Source: Candidatus Avidehalobacter gallistercoris (GTDB lineage: Bacteria; Bacillota; Dehalobacteriia; UBA4068; UBA4997). From it: a stretch of DNA of 64,000 nucleotides. The stretch is taken from assembly GCA_018715045.1 (NCBI GenBank), contig DVMH01000033.1:749-64748 (forward strand), given 5' to 3'. Shown piece by piece: positions 30,681 to 40,179 of the stretch. Within the stretch, counting starts at the first letter, position 1; every line of letters starts with the position of its first letter. The notes under the pieces were generated by a model. The model was given only the letters and a program-made list of their open reading frames with translations. It was not told the origin of the DNA and made no database searches. Made by a program: the position numbers and the translations under genes.

Positions 30681-32101
30681 TGATTTTTATGGCAGGTGAG
30701 AACGTCGCCCCAGCCCGCGCTTTGATAGTCTACAATACCGTCAGCGTAAACCAACCGCCCTTTCACGATAGCAGCCTCCACACGTCCGGTCATTTCCATG
30801 CCGTCGAACAGGCGGCAAGCTTCACGCGCTTTTGTCTGCATTTGTCGGTGATCAAAACGCCAAGTCACGTCAGTATCGATCACCGTCAAATCAGCATCAG
30901 CGCCGGTGGTTATACATCCCTTTTGCGGATATAGCCCCATAGCTTTATAGCCGTTTTCAGAGATGAGCTCCGCCAAGCGCTCCATTTTCAGCTTGCCCGA
31001 CTTGACTGCCGAAAGCAGCAATGGAAGCATAATTTCCATATGTGCCACACCAGAAGGAGCCAGCCAAATATGCTTCTCACCAGCCTGCTTTTGTCTGAGC
31101 AAATGCGGCGCGTGGTCGCTGCCCAGATAATCGACAGTACCGTCGTTCACAAACCGCCAAAGACCCTCAACGTCTGCTTTGGAGCGCAACGGCGGATTGC
31201 ATTTTGCATAAGGCCCGAATTTATCCAGCCAGCTGTCGTCAAAAAATAAATGATGAAAGCAAACCTCGCAGGTAACGTCGGCGCCTGCCCGCTTGGCAGC
31301 GCTGATCGCTTCCGCCGCAGCCACAGTCGATACGTGTACAATACCAACTTTAGCCCCGGTCTTCGCAGCGGCGGCGAGCACCCTGCTTACCGCGTTAAGC
31401 TCCGCCTCGTTTGGCCTCGTCTTATAATGAAAAGAATAATTCTCCTGTCCGGACTCATGAGCCTGCTGTTCCAGTTTGCCGATCAACGCGTAGTCCTCAC
31501 AATGAAAGAAGCAACGCAGCCCTGCGCTTTTTCCTGCGGCAAGCAGCGCACAAAGCTCCGCGTCGCCGTCATCCTGCGCCACGGTGATATATTGCGGCTC
31601 ACCGGATTTGCCCGGCTGCAGAAAAGTTTTCAGTCCGCATATCCCGGCTCTGGCAAGCGCAGCAAATTCCCGCGTGTTATCCGCCCCCGCTGCCGCGTAA
31701 ACCGCCACGTTACAAAGCGCTTTGTTAGCAGCCGCCTGTCTGGTGACCTCAAGGCTTGCTACATCATGCGGTATGGGATTCACATTCGGCATCTGGCAGA
31801 TAGTGGTGACGCCAGCCGAAAGCGCCGCCGCCGTTCCGGTCAAGAAATCCTCCTTTTCCGGGCTACCCGGCTCCCGTACATGAACATGGGTATCAATGCA
31901 TCCCGGCAGCACCAGCCGCCCTGTTGCATCATAACGTTGAAAGTCAGCGTCCACTGTCATATCCGGCGGCAGTTCGTCATATATCGCGGCCACCTTGCCG
32001 TCTGCAAGAAGCAAATGACCATAGTGCATTTCGCCCGCACTATAATACGAAGCGTTTTGCAGCAGCAAAGGACGGTCGAACATCGTTTTATCCGTCATCA
32101 A
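30665..32101 (-). CDS. cyclic amidohydrolase (dihydroorotase/allantoinase/dihydropyrimidinase family)
   Basis: 478 aa. Metal-binding HxH (DTHVHVREPG), carboxylated-Lys region, amidohydrolase fold. Co-transcribed with valS. Confidence 0.65.
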   Translation of the reverse strand: MMTDKTMFDRPLLLQNASYYSAGEMHYGHLLLADGKVAAIYDELPPDMTVDADFQRYDATGRLVLPGCIDTHVHVREPGSPEKEDFLTGTAAALSAGVTTICQMPNVNPIPHDVASLEVTRQAAANKALCNVAVYAAAGADNTREFAALARAGICGLKTFLQPGKSGEPQYITVAQDDGDAELCALLAAGKSAGLRCFFHCEDYALIGKLEQQAHESGQENYSFHYKTRPNEAELNAVSRVLAAAAKTGAKVGIVHVSTVAAAEAISAAKRAGADVTCEVCFHHLFFDDSWLDKFGPYAKCNPPLRSKADVEGLWRFVNDGTVDYLGSDHAPHLLRQKQAGEKHIWLAPSGVAHMEIMLPLLLSAVKSGKLKMERLAELISENGYKAMGLYPQKGCITTGADADLTVIDTDVTWRFDHRQMQTKAREACRLFDGMEMTGRVEAAIVKGRLVYADGIVDYQSAGWGDVLTCHKNQWEGI

Positions 32102-32364
32102 CAGCCCCTCCGAAGCATAAAAATTACGGCAAAATAGTGCCGCAAGCTACAGTATTTGTGAAAAAATTGGCTAATAATTTATTATATCATAATATATAAG
32201 TAATTACCAGTTATTTCACATAAATAATAATAAATAATTTTGTATATAAAACCTCTTTATTTTTCCGAATTTATAGGGTATAATATTTTTAAGGTATTAT
32301 GATGTTTTATGCTATGCGAGCATCATAAGGACATAATTTATCAAATTTTATGGAGGTATGTGTT

Positions 32365-33885
32365 ATGGATTATGAACACAGAATCAGATGCAAGGAGCTG
32401 CTAAAAAAGGTCGTTACGGCAGAAGAAGCTGCTAAAATGATTAAAGACGGCGATACTATCGGCTGCTCCGGTTTTACCCCTTCCGGCTATCCGAAAGCCG
32501 TGCCGCTGGCTCTGGCTGAGAGAGTTAAGGCCGGCGAAAAAATCAAGGTTCAGATTTTGACCGGCGCTTCTGTGGGCCCTGAATTGGACGGTCTGGCTGC
32601 TGTTGGCGCTATAAGCCGCCGCAGCCCTTATCAGACCAACAACGACATGAGAAACGCTTTGAACACCAAAGGCGAGGCTGGCGTTCTCTATAACGACCAG
32701 CACCTCTCCAACGCTCCGCAGGATACCCGCTACGGCTTTATGGGCGATGTTGATATCGCTCTGATTGAAGTTTGCGCCATTACTGAAGAGGGCAATCTGA
32801 TCCCCACCACTTCCGTGGGTTCCTCGCCGACTTTCGTTAAAATGGCAAAGAAAGTTATCGTTGAGCTCAACACTTCTCAGCCGGAAGCAATGGAAGGTAT
32901 GCACGACATTTACATTCCGCTGGATCCGCCGAACCGTCGTGAGATCCCGATCTACGCCACTGGCGACAGAATCGGTACTACTTACATAGAATGTGGCGCT
33001 GACCGTATCGACGCTATCGTCGTTACCGACATCACTGATAAAGTTCGCCCTCTGCCTCCGATCACTGAGACCGAGCAGGCTATGGCCAACAATATCGTTA
33101 AATTCTTCGACGGCGAAGTTAAGGCCGGTCGTTTGCCGAAAAACCTGTTGCCCTTGCAGTCTGGTGTTGGCGGCGTAGCCAATGCTGTTATGGCTGGTTT
33201 TGTTAATTCTGACCTGGAAGGCCTGACTTTCTATTCTGAAGTTATTCAGGACGGCGCTCTTGATCTGATTGACTGCGGCAAGTTCGTAGCCGTATCCGGC
33301 ACTTCGCTGACTCCCTCCGTGGACGGTCTGGAGCGCTTCAAGGCTAATGTTGAGAAGTATAAGAAGACCATTGTTCTGCGCCCGCAGGAAATCTCCAACA
33401 ACCCCGAGGTTGCCCGTCGTATCGGCGTTATCTCCATGAACACCGCTATCGAGGTTGATATTTACGGCCATGTAAACTCCACCCACATCATGGGCACCAG
33501 AATGATGAACGGTATCGGCGGCTCCGGCGATTTCACCCGCGCTGCTTATATCTCCATCTTCATGACCGCTTCCACCGCCAAGGGCGGCGACATTTCCTCC
33601 ATCGTACCGATGTGTTCTCATATCGACCACACCGAGCATGACGTTAACGTAATCGTTACCGAACAGGGCTATGCCGACCTGCGCAATCTGGCTCCCAGAG
33701 AAAGAGCTTTGGTCATCATCAACAACTGCGCTCATCCGGATTACAAGCCGATGCTGCTTGATTACTACAATCGCGCTCTGGAAGCTTGCCCGGATGGCAA
33801 GGCTCATACTCCCCATATTCTGGAGGAAGCTTTGTCTTGGCATGTTCGCTTCAACAAGACCGGTACAATGAAGCTGGAGAAATAA
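32365..33885 (+). CDS. acetyl-CoA hydrolase/transferase family enzyme (AarC/Cat1-like succinyl-CoA:acetate CoA-transferase)
   Basis: Strong similarity in signature blocks to AarC/Cat1 (ILTGASVGPELDG, LQSGVGGVANAV, MNGIGGSGDF). GGAGG RBS before MDYEHRI. The 480-aa antisense ORF 32401..33843 is a shadow. Confidence 0.8.
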   Translation: MDYEHRIRCKELLKKVVTAEEAAKMIKDGDTIGCSGFTPSGYPKAVPLALAERVKAGEKIKVQILTGASVGPELDGLAAVGAISRRSPYQTNNDMRNALNTKGEAGVLYNDQHLSNAPQDTRYGFMGDVDIALIEVCAITEEGNLIPTTSVGSSPTFVKMAKKVIVELNTSQPEAMEGMHDIYIPLDPPNRREIPIYATGDRIGTTYIECGADRIDAIVVTDITDKVRPLPPITETEQAMANNIVKFFDGEVKAGRLPKNLLPLQSGVGGVANAVMAGFVNSDLEGLTFYSEVIQDGALDLIDCGKFVAVSGTSLTPSVDGLERFKANVEKYKKTIVLRPQEISNNPEVARRIGVISMNTAIEVDIYGHVNSTHIMGTRMMNGIGGSGDFTRAAYISIFMTASTAKGGDISSIVPMCSHIDHTEHDVNVIVTEQGYADLRNLAPRERALVIINNCAHPDYKPMLLDYYNRALEACPDGKAHTPHILEEALSWHVRFNKTGTMKLEK

Positions 33886-33905
33886 TTTCTCACCCAGCGT
33901 TAATT

Positions 33906-33942
33906 AAAAGAGGAACGGGTTTCTGCCGTTCCTCTTTTTTTG
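33906..33942 (+). terminator. rho-independent terminator
   Basis: AAAGAGGAACGGgtttctgCCGTTCCTCTTTTTTT. Confidence 0.6.
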
Positions 33943-34010
33943 CGGCTTGCAATCCAGCTTATTAAATGCTATGATTGTTTCACAGTATATTTTTAAGGAA
34001 GTTTGCTTAA

Positions 34011-35180
34011 ATGAAATACCCCATCAAAAAATTTGCCATGCTGGCCGTGTTGTTGCTGGGGGTGCTCGCCAGCTGCAATATGCCGGAAGAGTACGCACCT
34101 AATATCCGCCCTACCCCTCCGCCGTTTGATTTTAGCAGCAAAGTGGAGCTTTCACTGATTGCCGCAGGTGATAATCTGATACATGCGCCGATATACCGGC
34201 AGGCCAAGGAACGCGCGGGCGGCAACGGATTTGACTTTACCGACGCCTATCAACCTGTAGCCGAGCTCATCGCCGACGCTGACCTGGCCTACATAAATCA
34301 GGAAACACCGCTTGGCGGTACTAAGCTTGGGCTGAGTAATTATCCACTGTTCAATTCGCCGCAGGAATTGGGCACTCACCTTGTCAACATGGGCTTCAAC
34401 CTGATCAGCCAAGCCAACAATCATGTGCTGGACGCAGGCAAACAAGGCTTTTATAACACTATCAGCTTCTGGCGGGCACAGCCCGATGTGCTCATGGCCG
34501 GCATTGTGGCCAACGCAGAGGACGATGTTATACAGGTTTTGGAATATCAGGATGTCAAAATCGCTCTCCTTGCCTACACCTACGGTACTAACGGTCTCGC
34601 ACTACCCGCTTCAGCCGAGGGCAGTGTAAAATATATCGACGATGATTTGATCAAAACGGAACTGGCGGCAGCCCAGGAACAGGCGGATATCGTTCTGGTC
34701 AGTATGCACTGGGGCGTGGAATATCAGGCCAGACCCAACGATGAACAGCTACGTCTGGCGCAGCTGTTGGCTGATAACGGCGCTGACATCATTATCGGCA
34801 CCCATCCGCATGTGCTGCAAACAGCGGAAATGCTTACCGCCGCTGATGGCCGCAAGGTACCGGTATTCTATTCGCTGGGCAATTTCATTTCCGCACAGGA
34901 TCAACCCGCCACCATGCTTGGCGGCCTGGCCGAGGTAGATATGACGTACAACAAAGCTGACGGCAGCCTGGAAATCGACCGTATGGCCGTACTGCCAGTG
35001 GTCACGCATTACACAGGGCATTACGATAATATCACCGTTTACCCTCTGACCACCTACACCGCTGAACAGGCCGCATCACACGGTATCCGAAGCAAACATT
35101 CTTTCAGCCGGGAATATCTGGTAAAGCTGTTCGATGAGCGTATTCCCGCCGAATTGCAGGACAGACGCACCAATTTTTAA
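34011..35180 (+). CDS. CapA/PgsA-family metallophosphatase lipoprotein (poly-gamma-glutamate capsule-synthesis-type)
   Basis: Lipobox LASC; PGA_cap-type calcineurin-like phosphoesterase motifs (GDNLIH, MHWGVEY, GTHPHV). Confidence 0.75.
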   Translation: MKYPIKKFAMLAVLLLGVLASCNMPEEYAPNIRPTPPPFDFSSKVELSLIAAGDNLIHAPIYRQAKERAGGNGFDFTDAYQPVAELIADADLAYINQETPLGGTKLGLSNYPLFNSPQELGTHLVNMGFNLISQANNHVLDAGKQGFYNTISFWRAQPDVLMAGIVANAEDDVIQVLEYQDVKIALLAYTYGTNGLALPASAEGSVKYIDDDLIKTELAAAQEQADIVLVSMHWGVEYQARPNDEQLRLAQLLADNGADIIIGTHPHVLQTAEMLTAADGRKVPVFYSLGNFISAQDQPATMLGGLAEVDMTYNKADGSLEIDRMAVLPVVTHYTGHYDNITVYPLTTYTAEQAASHGIRSKHSFSREYLVKLFDERIPAELQDRRTNF

Positions 35181-35187
35181 GTACATT

Positions 35188-35222
35188 AAAACCGCCCGGC
35201 AGAGTACCGGGCGGTTTGTTTT
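35188..35222. terminator. bidirectional terminator between convergent genes
   Basis: AAAACCGCCCGGcagagtaCCGGGCGGTTTGTTTT. Confidence 0.6.
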
Positions 35223-35235
35223 ATGTTTATTAATT

Positions 35236-36168
35236 TTATAACTCGCTCTTCGCCGTTAACACAAGCTTCTCTGATTTACTTTTTGCCGGTAACTGCGCCA
35301 GCATCACAGCTGCAAACATCATAATGCAGCCAAAGTATTCCCGCCCCGTCATGTGGTCATGCAGAATAATTGCCCCAGCCAATGTGGCAAACACAGCCTC
35401 CAAACTTAACAACAGCGAAACGGTAGTAGGATTGCTGCCTTTCTGAGCTAGAATTTGCAGCGTATAAGCTACACCGCTGGAAAGAATACCAACATAAAGT
35501 ATCGATCCCATTGCCGGCAACAGCGTTTCCCAAGACGGAGTTTCCGTCAACAGCATGCCAACCGATGAAAAGAGCATCATCACGAAGAACTGCGCACAGG
35601 AAAGCTGTATGCCATCCACCCGCACGGTGAAATAGTCGATCAACAAAATATGCCCGGTGAAGCAAAATGCGCACAGCAATACCATAAAATCGCCGGAGCT
35701 AATGGTAAAACCGCCGTTTATGCAGAGAAAATACAGACCGCAGACAGCAAGAGCCACGCTAAGCCACACCAAGCCCCGCACCTTTTTATGCAAAAACAGG
35801 CCGCATACCGGCACAAGAACTATATACAGCGCAGTAATGAAACCCGCTTTACCTGCCGTTGTCGTCTCCAGACCCTTTTGCTGTAAATATGTGGCTGTGG
35901 CCAGCGCCAGTCCACAGCACACGCCGCCCAAAAGAAGATCCTTGCGATAAGCAGAGCCTGATGGGATTATATCGTCTTTGTGCTGCCGCCAGCTTCTGAT
36001 GCATACGCACAGCATGAGCAAAAACAGAAACGCTACCGCCGAACGCGCCGCGTTAAACGTAAACGCCTGCACACTCTCCGCGGCCACGCTTTGCGCCACA
36101 AAAGCTATACCCCATATAAACGCCGCCAATGTCGGAAATACATTATGCCGGATAAAATCGGACTGCAT
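35236..36168 (-). CDS. DMT-superfamily (EamA-like) transporter
   Basis: 10-TM protein with duplicated EamA halves. Start MQSDFIR with a GAGAGGTG RBS. Confidence 0.7.
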   Translation of the reverse strand: MQSDFIRHNVFPTLAAFIWGIAFVAQSVAAESVQAFTFNAARSAVAFLFLLMLCVCIRSWRQHKDDIIPSGSAYRKDLLLGGVCCGLALATATYLQQKGLETTTAGKAGFITALYIVLVPVCGLFLHKKVRGLVWLSVALAVCGLYFLCINGGFTISSGDFMVLLCAFCFTGHILLIDYFTVRVDGIQLSCAQFFVMMLFSSVGMLLTETPSWETLLPAMGSILYVGILSSGVAYTLQILAQKGSNPTTVSLLLSLEAVFATLAGAIILHDHMTGREYFGCIMMFAAVMLAQLPAKSKSEKLVLTAKSEL

Positions 36169-36287
36169 AAACAAAACACCTCTCACCAGTATCAGCATAA
36201 ATAATAACAAATAATGCAAAGTTATTCTCATAGTATATACTATTGTCATACAATTTGCAATACCTAATAAAAAATTATAAAATCCCC

Positions 36288-36316
36288 TTGATTTTGTGTA
36301 AAAAACATGATATAAT
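36288..36316 (+). promoter_or_regulatory. near-consensus sigma-A promoter for tRNA-Ala (TTGATT-17-TGnTATAAT)
   Basis: -35 TTGATT at 36288-36293, a 17-nt spacer, extended -10 TGATATAAT at 36308-36316, about 12 nt before the tRNA 5' end. Confidence 0.6.
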
Positions 36317-36328
36317 GGTTTTCGTCTT

Positions 36329-36404
<76 letters not shown>

Positions 36405-36416
36405 ACAGGAAACCAG

Positions 36417-36459
36417 AAAAAGCATTGAAAACTCTATGTTTTCAATGCTTTTTCTTTTT
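36417..36459 (+). terminator. rho-independent terminator after tRNA-Ala
   Basis: AAAAGCATTGAAAACtctatgTTTTCAATGCTTTTTCTTTTT. Confidence 0.65.
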
Positions 36460-36485
36460 ATATTCGCCTTCTCCGCTCTGCTATC

Positions 36486-36597
36486 TGTTCCAGAACAATA
36501 CCAGAACAGATATACTGTCACGGAAAGATACTGGACAGGATAGCCTATCATCCATCATAAACCATCCCTTAAATTCTGGTACTGTACCAGAATTTAA
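36486..36597. repeat. cluster of CCAGAA/TTCTGG motifs including a 29-bp perfect palindrome (putative protein-binding site)
   Basis: TGTTCCAGAACA at 36486-36497 is a 5-2-5 palindrome. CCAGAACA is directly repeated at 36491-36498 and 36501-36508. TTAAATTCTGGTAC-T-GTACCAGAATTTAA at 36569-36597 has perfect 14-bp arms. All sit in a non-coding spacer between the convergent tRNA-Ala and araC-family genes. Confidence 0.5.
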
Positions 36598-36730
36598 GAG
36601 AAACACAGTGAATTTTCTGCGTTATCAGCATGAGCTTCCAAAGGTCTTACTGAATTTTTCGGCGGCGCACAGCCAAAATAAATCTCATTGCACGATTTGT
36701 TTGTCGAAACTTCCCTCAATTTGCGGAACA

Positions 36731-37600
36731 TTATTTTCGTTTTCCTCGGAAGTCTTTTGGTGAATATCCAGTTTGTTCCTTAAAAAGTTTACCAAAGTGA
36801 CTTTGAGACTGAAAGCCCACGGCCTGGGCTACCTCCCCAATGGGGAGTGCCGAATCCGTCAGAAGTACGGCGGCCATTTGCAAGCGGTATTTAAGCAGAT
36901 AACGATAGGGCGTGTCCTGCATGGACAGCTTAAAGCACCGCAGACATTCCGATTTGCTGACCCTGGCGCTTTGGGCCAAGTCACCCAATGTTATGGCTTC
37001 GGTATAATGCTCTTTGATATAATTTAAAAATATGTGCATTCGATGTACGACCATATCATGGACTGGGGCCGCCGGCACAGAAATGTTTTGCGCAAGCTCC
37101 AGCCAAATAGCAGCCAGCAGCGTTAATACTTCATATTCATAGCAGGCGGCTGCAGCCGGGTCAATTTCCGACAGCTGTTTCAGCCGTATAAGCACTCTCT
37201 CCTGCCAGGAGTTTGCCGCGTCAAATTGCAGGCAGGTGATCTGCTGACAGCTTGCGATCCTTTTCACATATTTCGCGGCCGGACAGCCAGGGTAAAAGGA
37301 TACTAACTGCTCCGGGAACAGGATGCTTTTATAATGACAGCTGGCCGAAGCCGAGACCATGTGGACAACATTTTTGTTGAGAAACACTCCTTGCCCAGTG
37401 GGAACCATCTTTGTCTGGGTCAGTGTGTGGAGATATAGTTCCCCTGCCAGCACATAGATGAATTGGAAGTCCTCGTGCCAGTGCATTATGTGAAAACCCG
37501 GCGGCTCAGGTACGCTTTTTCCGTTTTCAATATCCATGCACAGATAGGGAAAGTCCTGTCCTGTATTCAGATTGACAGAGTTCAAATAATTGTTCTGCAT
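36731..37600 (-). CDS. AraC-family transcriptional regulator (cupin sensor plus HTH)
   Basis: N-terminal cupin/AraC-binding-like domain; C-terminal AraC HTH (ITLGDLAQSARVSKSECLRCFK...IGEVAQAVGFQSQSHFGKLFKEQTGYSP). Confidence 0.8.
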   Translation of the reverse strand: MQNNYLNSVNLNTGQDFPYLCMDIENGKSVPEPPGFHIMHWHEDFQFIYVLAGELYLHTLTQTKMVPTGQGVFLNKNVVHMVSASASCHYKSILFPEQLVSFYPGCPAAKYVKRIASCQQITCLQFDAANSWQERVLIRLKQLSEIDPAAAACYEYEVLTLLAAIWLELAQNISVPAAPVHDMVVHRMHIFLNYIKEHYTEAITLGDLAQSARVSKSECLRCFKLSMQDTPYRYLLKYRLQMAAVLLTDSALPIGEVAQAVGFQSQSHFGKLFKEQTGYSPKDFRGKRK

Positions 37601-37723
37601 ATCCAGCCACCTCGCATTTTGGCGATATTATGATAAAATAGACTCGTATTCTTATAGATTATTCTAAACGGTTATGATATGATTATAGCAAAGATGGCTT
37701 TATTTGTATAGGGGGGCTTTGTG

Positions 37724-38938
37724 ATGCGATACGATTTTGAGACGATGATTGACCGCCGAGGCATGGATTCCATTGCCGCCGATATGAACGAAAATGATTT
37801 CTGGACGCTGCCTAAGGGAACTGTGCGGGCGGGCTTTGACAAAATCCCCATGTGGATCGCAGATATGAATTTTCCCACTGCTCCGGCGGTCAGCAAGGCT
37901 CTGGCTGAGCGGATCGCCCATCCGATTTACGGCTATTTTGTTCCACGTAACGAATACTACGACGCCATCATCCGGTGGCACCAGGATTCCCATGGCGTGA
38001 CCGGTCTGGAAAAAACCCACATCGGCTATGAAAACGGCGTTTTGGGCGGCATCACCAGCGCTTTGCGGGTTCTGTGCTCTGAGGGCGAGTCCATCCTCGT
38101 CCACTCGCCCACCTACACCGGCTTTACCACCCAACTGGAGCGGAATGGATTCCGTCTGGAGCTCAGCCCCCTGAAAAAAGACGGCCAGGGGATCTGGCGC
38201 ATGGATTTTGAGGATATGGAGCGCAGGATACGGGAAAACCATATCCACACCGCGCTGTTCTGCTCTCCGCACAATCCCACCGGGCGGGTATGGGAGCGTT
38301 GGGAACTGGAACAGGCCATGGAGATTTTTCAGCGCAACCAGGTCTATGTGGTCTGTGACGAAATTTGGTCAGACCTTGTATTCTCCGGCGGGAAACACAT
38401 CCCGCTGCAATCCATTTCCAGCGAAGCGCGAGAGCGGACTATAGCGCTCTATTCCCCGTCAAAGGCGTTCAATCTGGCAGGACTGCTCGGCAGCTATCAC
38501 ATCATATATAATCCCTGGCTCCGCGACCGGGTAAAACGGTATTCCAGCTTCTCCCACTACAACGACATCAATGTGCTGTCCATGCACGCATCCATCGCCG
38601 CCTATTCTCCCGAGGGCCGGGATTGGATGGAGGCGTTGAAAGTGGTATTAGAGCGGAACGCACAGTATGCCTGTGATTTTTTCGAGACGCGCTTTCCGGG
38701 TGTTGAGGTATACCGGCCCCAGGCCACATTTATCCTTCTGATCGACTGCGAGACATGGTGCCGGGAACATGGAACGGAATTCGAGGTACTGCTGGAACGC
38801 GGCGTCAGTGTGGGCGTTATATGGCGAGATGGACGGGCTTTCCATGTTCCCTATGGCATTCGGCTCAACCTGGCTCTACCTTTCGATAAGCTGCAAGAGG
38901 CGCTGAACCGGCTAGAGCGCTTTGTATTCACGGAGTGA
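37724..38938 (+). CDS. PLP-dependent C-S lyase, MalY/PatB family (cystathionine beta-lyase-like aminotransferase fold)
   Basis: Aminotransferase class I/II fold with the MalY/PatB N-terminal signature (DRRGMDSIAADMNENDFW...PMWIADMNF) and an SPSKAFNLAG Lys region. Confidence 0.8.
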   Translation: MRYDFETMIDRRGMDSIAADMNENDFWTLPKGTVRAGFDKIPMWIADMNFPTAPAVSKALAERIAHPIYGYFVPRNEYYDAIIRWHQDSHGVTGLEKTHIGYENGVLGGITSALRVLCSEGESILVHSPTYTGFTTQLERNGFRLELSPLKKDGQGIWRMDFEDMERRIRENHIHTALFCSPHNPTGRVWERWELEQAMEIFQRNQVYVVCDEIWSDLVFSGGKHIPLQSISSEARERTIALYSPSKAFNLAGLLGSYHIIYNPWLRDRVKRYSSFSHYNDINVLSMHASIAAYSPEGRDWMEALKVVLERNAQYACDFFETRFPGVEVYRPQATFILLIDCETWCREHGTEFEVLLERGVSVGVIWRDGRAFHVPYGIRLNLALPFDKLQEALNRLERFVFTE

Positions 38939-38944
38939 TGAAGT

Positions 38945-39589
38945 ATGGGATCGCTATATTTTCAATATGGCGAGCAGGAGCTCGCGTATCTAAAAAGCAA
39001 GGACAAAAAGCTGGCCGCGGTTATCGAGCGGGTAGGCCCCATTAAACGGGCGGTGGACGGCGACCTGTTCTCATCTGTGCTACATCACATCATCGGCCAG
39101 CAGATCTCCACAAAGGCTCAGCAGACCATTTGGACCAAGCTGACCGCCGAGTTGGAGTTGATCACCCCAGACACCATCCTGGCCTGTGGCCGAGACCGTC
39201 TCCAGGCCTTTGGCACCACATGGAAAAAGGCAGACTACATCCTGGACTTTGCCCAAAAGGTACAGTCTGGGAAGTTCGGCATAGAGGCGCTGAATGGCAT
39301 GACGGACGCAGAAGCCATTGCCGCGCTTTGCTCTCTGAAGGGCATCGGGGTGTGGACGGCGGAGATGATCCTGCTGTTTTGCTTCCAGCGACCCAACATT
39401 TTCAGTTATGGCGACCTGGCCATTCAGCGCGGTGTGCGTATGGTGTACCGCCATAAGGAATTACCCAAGGAGCGGTTCGAGCGGTACCGCAGGCGGTTCA
39501 GCCCCTATTGCAGCACGGCCAGCCTTTACTTCTGGGCCGTGGCCGGAGGGGCTGTTCCGGAGCTGACCGATCCGGCGGCGAAGAAATAG
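38945..39589 (+). CDS. alkA: DNA-3-methyladenine glycosylase II (HhH-GPD)
   Basis: HhH-GPD motif LKGIGVWTAEMILLF...GDLAIQRG with the catalytic Asp region. Confidence 0.8.
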   Translation: MGSLYFQYGEQELAYLKSKDKKLAAVIERVGPIKRAVDGDLFSSVLHHIIGQQISTKAQQTIWTKLTAELELITPDTILACGRDRLQAFGTTWKKADYILDFAQKVQSGKFGIEALNGMTDAEAIAALCSLKGIGVWTAEMILLFCFQRPNIFSYGDLAIQRGVRMVYRHKELPKERFERYRRRFSPYCSTASLYFWAVAGGAVPELTDPAAKK

Positions 39590-39598
39590 GAGGCGCTT

Positions 39599-39817
39599 AT
39601 GACAAGAGAGGAAATGGTGGCGGCGTGCCAGCGTCGAGCCAAAAGCTGTGTTGGAAGATTCTATCTCGCTGTAAAAAGCACAAAGATCGTCTGCCATCCA
39701 GACTGTTCTTCCAAGGTGCCTTTAGAAAAGAACATGGTCTTTTATGACACATTGGAGGCGGCGCTGGCGGACGGCTACCGCCCCTGTAAACGCTGTATGA
39801 AAGAAATGTGGAGGTAG
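39599..39817 (+). CDS. stand-alone Ada-like Zn-binding (methylphosphotriester-sensing) domain protein
   Basis: 72 aa. FYLAVKSTKIVCHPDCSS...GYRPCKRC matches the Ada_Zn_binding Cys4 pattern. It is not fused to an AraC HTH or to Ogt. Confidence 0.6.
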   Translation: MTREEMVAACQRRAKSCVGRFYLAVKSTKIVCHPDCSSKVPLEKNMVFYDTLEAALADGYRPCKRCMKEMWR

Positions 39818-39823
39818 TGGATC

Positions 39824-40177
39824 TTGGGAAATATGATCGTGCTGTTTGAAGTCACCGTTAAGGACGGTAAAATGGAGAACTACCAGAAAATGGCGGCGGG
39901 TCTGAAAGACGCGCTGTTCCAGGCCGACGGATTTATCCGCTCCGAACGGTTCTCCTCTTTAAAAGATAAGGGCAAGCTGCCCAACATGTCTGTGCGGGAG
40001 AACAAGGCCAGCGTAAAGCGGTGGCGCAATCTGACGGCTCATCGAATGTGCCAGAAGCACGGGCGCATGGAGGATTTAGCCGGCTATGCCATCACCGTTG
40101 TCACGCCCAAGCGCACCTACTCCATGACCCGGCGGCAGGGTGCGCCGGTGGACTCCACCCGCTTTTTGGAGGTGTAA
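39824..40177 (+). CDS. small ABM/Dabb-like (antibiotic-biosynthesis-monooxygenase fold) protein, hypothetical
   Basis: 117 aa (TTG start, or ATG at 39833). A weak ABM-fold impression only. It sits between ada-Zn and ogt. Confidence 0.4.
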   Translation: MGNMIVLFEVTVKDGKMENYQKMAAGLKDALFQADGFIRSERFSSLKDKGKLPNMSVRENKASVKRWRNLTAHRMCQKHGRMEDLAGYAITVVTPKRTYSMTRRQGAPVDSTRFLEV

Positions 40178-40179
40178 GT

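Noticed and set aside
30681-30700. Expected T-box leader upstream of valS
   Set aside because: valS starts 16 nt inside the preceding amidohydrolase gene, so there is no intergenic space. The AT-rich 32102-32364 region lacks the AAnnnGGGTGGnACCGCG T-box motif.
32401-33843. 480-aa ORF on the minus strand
   Set aside because: It lies entirely antisense to the well-supported CoA-transferase gene. It has low complexity (Ala/Gly/Val/Asn-rich) and no start context; it is a shadow ORF of a GC-rich gene.
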